64,000 bases of DNA from Hypanus sabinus. Its lineage: Eukaryota. Below the pieces are notes generated by a model. It saw only the letters and a program-made list of their open reading frames with translations, ran no database searches and was not told the DNA's origin. How positions within the stretch are numbered: the first letter of the stretch is position 1; each line of letters starts with the position of its first letter. The stretch is taken from contig NC_082731.1 of the NCBI RefSeq assembly GCF_030144855.1, forward strand, positions 29,450,001-29,514,000, read 5' to 3'. Positions 61,216 through 64,000 of the stretch are shown here, in pieces. The position numbers were made by a program, and so were the translations under genes.

Positions 61216-64000
61216 TGCTGTAATAGCAACCTCAATCCACTGGGTGTCAGTGTTACGGCTAGACAGAGAGGGGATGATGGACGGTTCGGGTGAAACAGTG
61301 GACAGGAGGAGTCCGTTGTGCCAGGAGGTCCTGAGGTGACAGGAGCTCTTCAGATGAATATGTCACATTGCAACGTGGTTTCCTTCCAGACACTAAAGAT
61401 GTGCTTCTCGGTAGGTGATGCACCATCAATAACTCTCGGAGACGGAAGGTAAAAGATAGGCTTTTATTAGCTGCCAACGCGACCACGACATCTTGGAGAC
61501 TGAGGGAGGAGCAGTGCCTCCAATCGCCTTTATACAGGGGTCTGTGGGAGGAGCCACAGGAGCAGTCAGCAGGGGGCGTGTCCAGACAGGTATACACATA
61601 GTTTACCACAGTAGGTTAATTGGTTACTTTAAATTGCTCACAGTGTGGATTGATAGAGACCTACAGCATGGAAACAAGCCTTCAGCACAAACCGTCCATG
61701 CTGACCAAGATGAGAATCCAAGTGAGACCCATTTCCCAGTGTTTGGCCCATAACCTTCCAAAATGTTCCTCTCCATGTACCTGTCCAAGTGCCTTTCAAA
61801 AGTTGTTATTTACTTAACTCAACCATTTCCTCTAGTTCCATATTCCACAAAATTTCCACCACTTCTGTTTAAAAATCCTTTATTTTCCTATTGAATCTTG
61901 CCCTTGTCAACTGACCAAAGCCCCCAAGTTCTTGATTCCCCAGTCTTCAGTAAAAGACTGAGTGGATTCATCACAGCTGAGTCCTTGTGATTTTATCAAA
62001 TCTCCCCTCGTTCCCCGACACTTGAAGGAATAAAGCCTTAGCTTATCAAACCTCTCCCTCGATCTCAGTCCCTAGAGTTCTTGCAGCAACCTTGTAAATC
62101 TTTTCTGCATTGTTTCCAATATAATGATATCTTTCTTGCATCTTGGTGAATAAAATGAACACAACACTGCAAGCACAGCCTCACCGGTGCCTTGTGCAAC
62201 CACTCCATGAGCAGCCAGCATTCAGAATCAATGTTCTGTCTAAATAAGACCAGCATGCCAAAACCATTCCTCACCATCCTATCTAACCCTGATAACACTC
62301 TCAGTGAACCATGTGCTTAAACTCCAAGGTCCCTCTGTTCCACAACACTTCCCAGGGCCCCGCCAGTTACACTGAATGTCCTACACTGGTTTGACTTTCC
62401 AAAATGCAACACCTCACACATCTGAATTTAAACCCACATACTACTGCTCTGCCCATTTGCTCAGCTAATCAACATCATCTTCTTCACAGTTCACTTTACT
62501 ACTTACTTTAAGGCCATTTACGAACTTACCAACAATGCCTTGTACATTTTTATCCAAATCTTTGATGTGCATGACAACCAGCAAATGGCCCAGCACTGAC
62601 CCCTGAGGTCCGCCATTTGTCTGGATCTACTCTCTGTAAACCCACAACTGCATGGCCAGGTACAGAACCAACTCATCGACGGAGCTGCTGTAGAAATATT
62701 CAACAGCTTCAAGTTCCTCGGCACCCATATCACTAGCAACCTCACCAGGTCCCTTCACACCGATGTTGTGATCAAGAAAGCTCATTAGCATATTCCATGC
62801 TAGGTGTCAGACATTTAGTATGTCTGCCAGGAATCTCTCAAATTTCTACAGACTCATGGTAGAAAGCATTCAGACAGGTTGCATCAAACTCCTGTACAGC
62901 AACTGCTCTGCTCTCGACCATCTGAACCTGAAGAGAGTGTTAAACACAGCCCAGTCCATCAGAGGCTTGTTAATTCCTCCCATCCAGTCAGTCTTCACGG
63001 TGCATTGCCACAGGAAGACTCGTGGTGTTGTCAAGGATGCATACCATGCCGACCATTCCCTTTTCAGTCTGCTACCTTCTGGAGAATGTCGAGAAGTTGA
63101 AAAACCTGAATATTCAGACTAAAGAACATCTTTTTCCCTTGATATCAGTCTCCTGAGCTGATCAGTTCTTTCACATCTCCTTCCTGGTGGTGCAGCCACG
63201 TTCTCATACCATTCTCTTCTTTATTCTGTTTCTCACACTATGGTGTGTTGATTTGTGGCATTACCTCACACTGCACAACAATCCCTGTACCATTGTGCTG
63301 TTCTCTGCTTATAAATTTATTCCTATCATCATGTGTATTGGCCGTTCTCTACCAGCTTCACGTGAAGAAGGAATTTGATTGCACCGTGGTGTACATGGCC
63401 ATACAGAGTTGACGTGAATAGGCTGTTTCCATTGAGAGTAGGGGAGATTCAAACGAGAGGACATGATTTGAGAGTTAGGGGGCAGAAGTTTAAGGGAAAC
63501 AGGAGGAGGTATTTCTTTACTCAGAGAGTGATAGCTGTGTGGAATGAGCTTCCTGTAGAAGTAGTAGAGGCCAGTTCAGTTGTGTCATTTACGGTAAAAT
63601 TGGAAAGGTATATAGACAGGAAAGGAGTGGAGGGTTATGGGCTGAGTGCTGGTAGGTGGGACTAGGTGAGATTAAGAGTTCGGCACGGACTAGGAGGGCC
63701 GAGATGGCCCGTTTCCGTGCTGTGATTGTTATATGGTTATATGGTTATAAACCAACCTAATCTAATCTGAACTGTTTCATACCGTTTCTGAGGGAAGTTC
63801 ATCACAAAGCATTCATGCCTTGTCTTTAGCTCCCATGTGCTGGGCTCCACCCTCCTGGAAGTTGGTTCTATTGGAGTCGACTCATTTCATTCACTTTTAA
63901 TGATCCATCATCGTTCACACCTGCATGTGGCAGGACTGCAGAGGCTTGATCTGATCCCTTCTTGATGGGACTGTACTTTGGCCATTCTTTGCCTCTTTTG
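61216..64000 (+). repeat. Direct segmental duplication, copy B (paired with 45770-48024; runs off the window end)
   Basis: Same order of unique and repeat segments as copy A, plus two copy-specific insertions (solo LTR; CR1 3' end at ~63400-63750). Confidence 0.95.
61416..61610 (-). mobile_element. Solo LTR, same family as 2244-2457
   Basis: TG...CA termini, TSD GTAGG at 61411-61415 and 61611-61615. Absent from the paralogous site near 45965. Confidence 0.9.

Overview
Repeat-dense vertebrate genomic DNA, most likely from a cartilaginous fish (shark or ray). That assignment is inferred from the mix of CR1, Rex1/Babar, L1/Tx1, RTE, Nimb, Penelope and HE1-type SINE repeats and from IgW/IgNAR-like exons. 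No intact host gene was found. Main content: (1) two young, TSD-flanked BEL/Pao LTR elements (3777-8675 +, 38708-41624 -) that lack RT, RNase H and the integrase core but keep one reading frame across their deletions; (2) degenerate immunoglobulin heavy-chain constant (C1-set) exons at 38105-38420 and 42023-~42345, with weaker candidates near 1111-1358 and 37004-37250; (3) a class-I-like endogenous retrovirus remnant with pol and env (51290-~54468); (4) nested inverted and direct segmental duplications (31.9-34.3, 45.1-48.6 and 61.2-64 kb); (5) Penelope-derived hammerhead-motif sequences, including a TSD-flanked fold-back unit; (6) a 34-bp minisatellite and many LINE fragments. All family assignments rest on motif recognition by eye, with no database searches. 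Boundaries of old LINE fragments are approximate.
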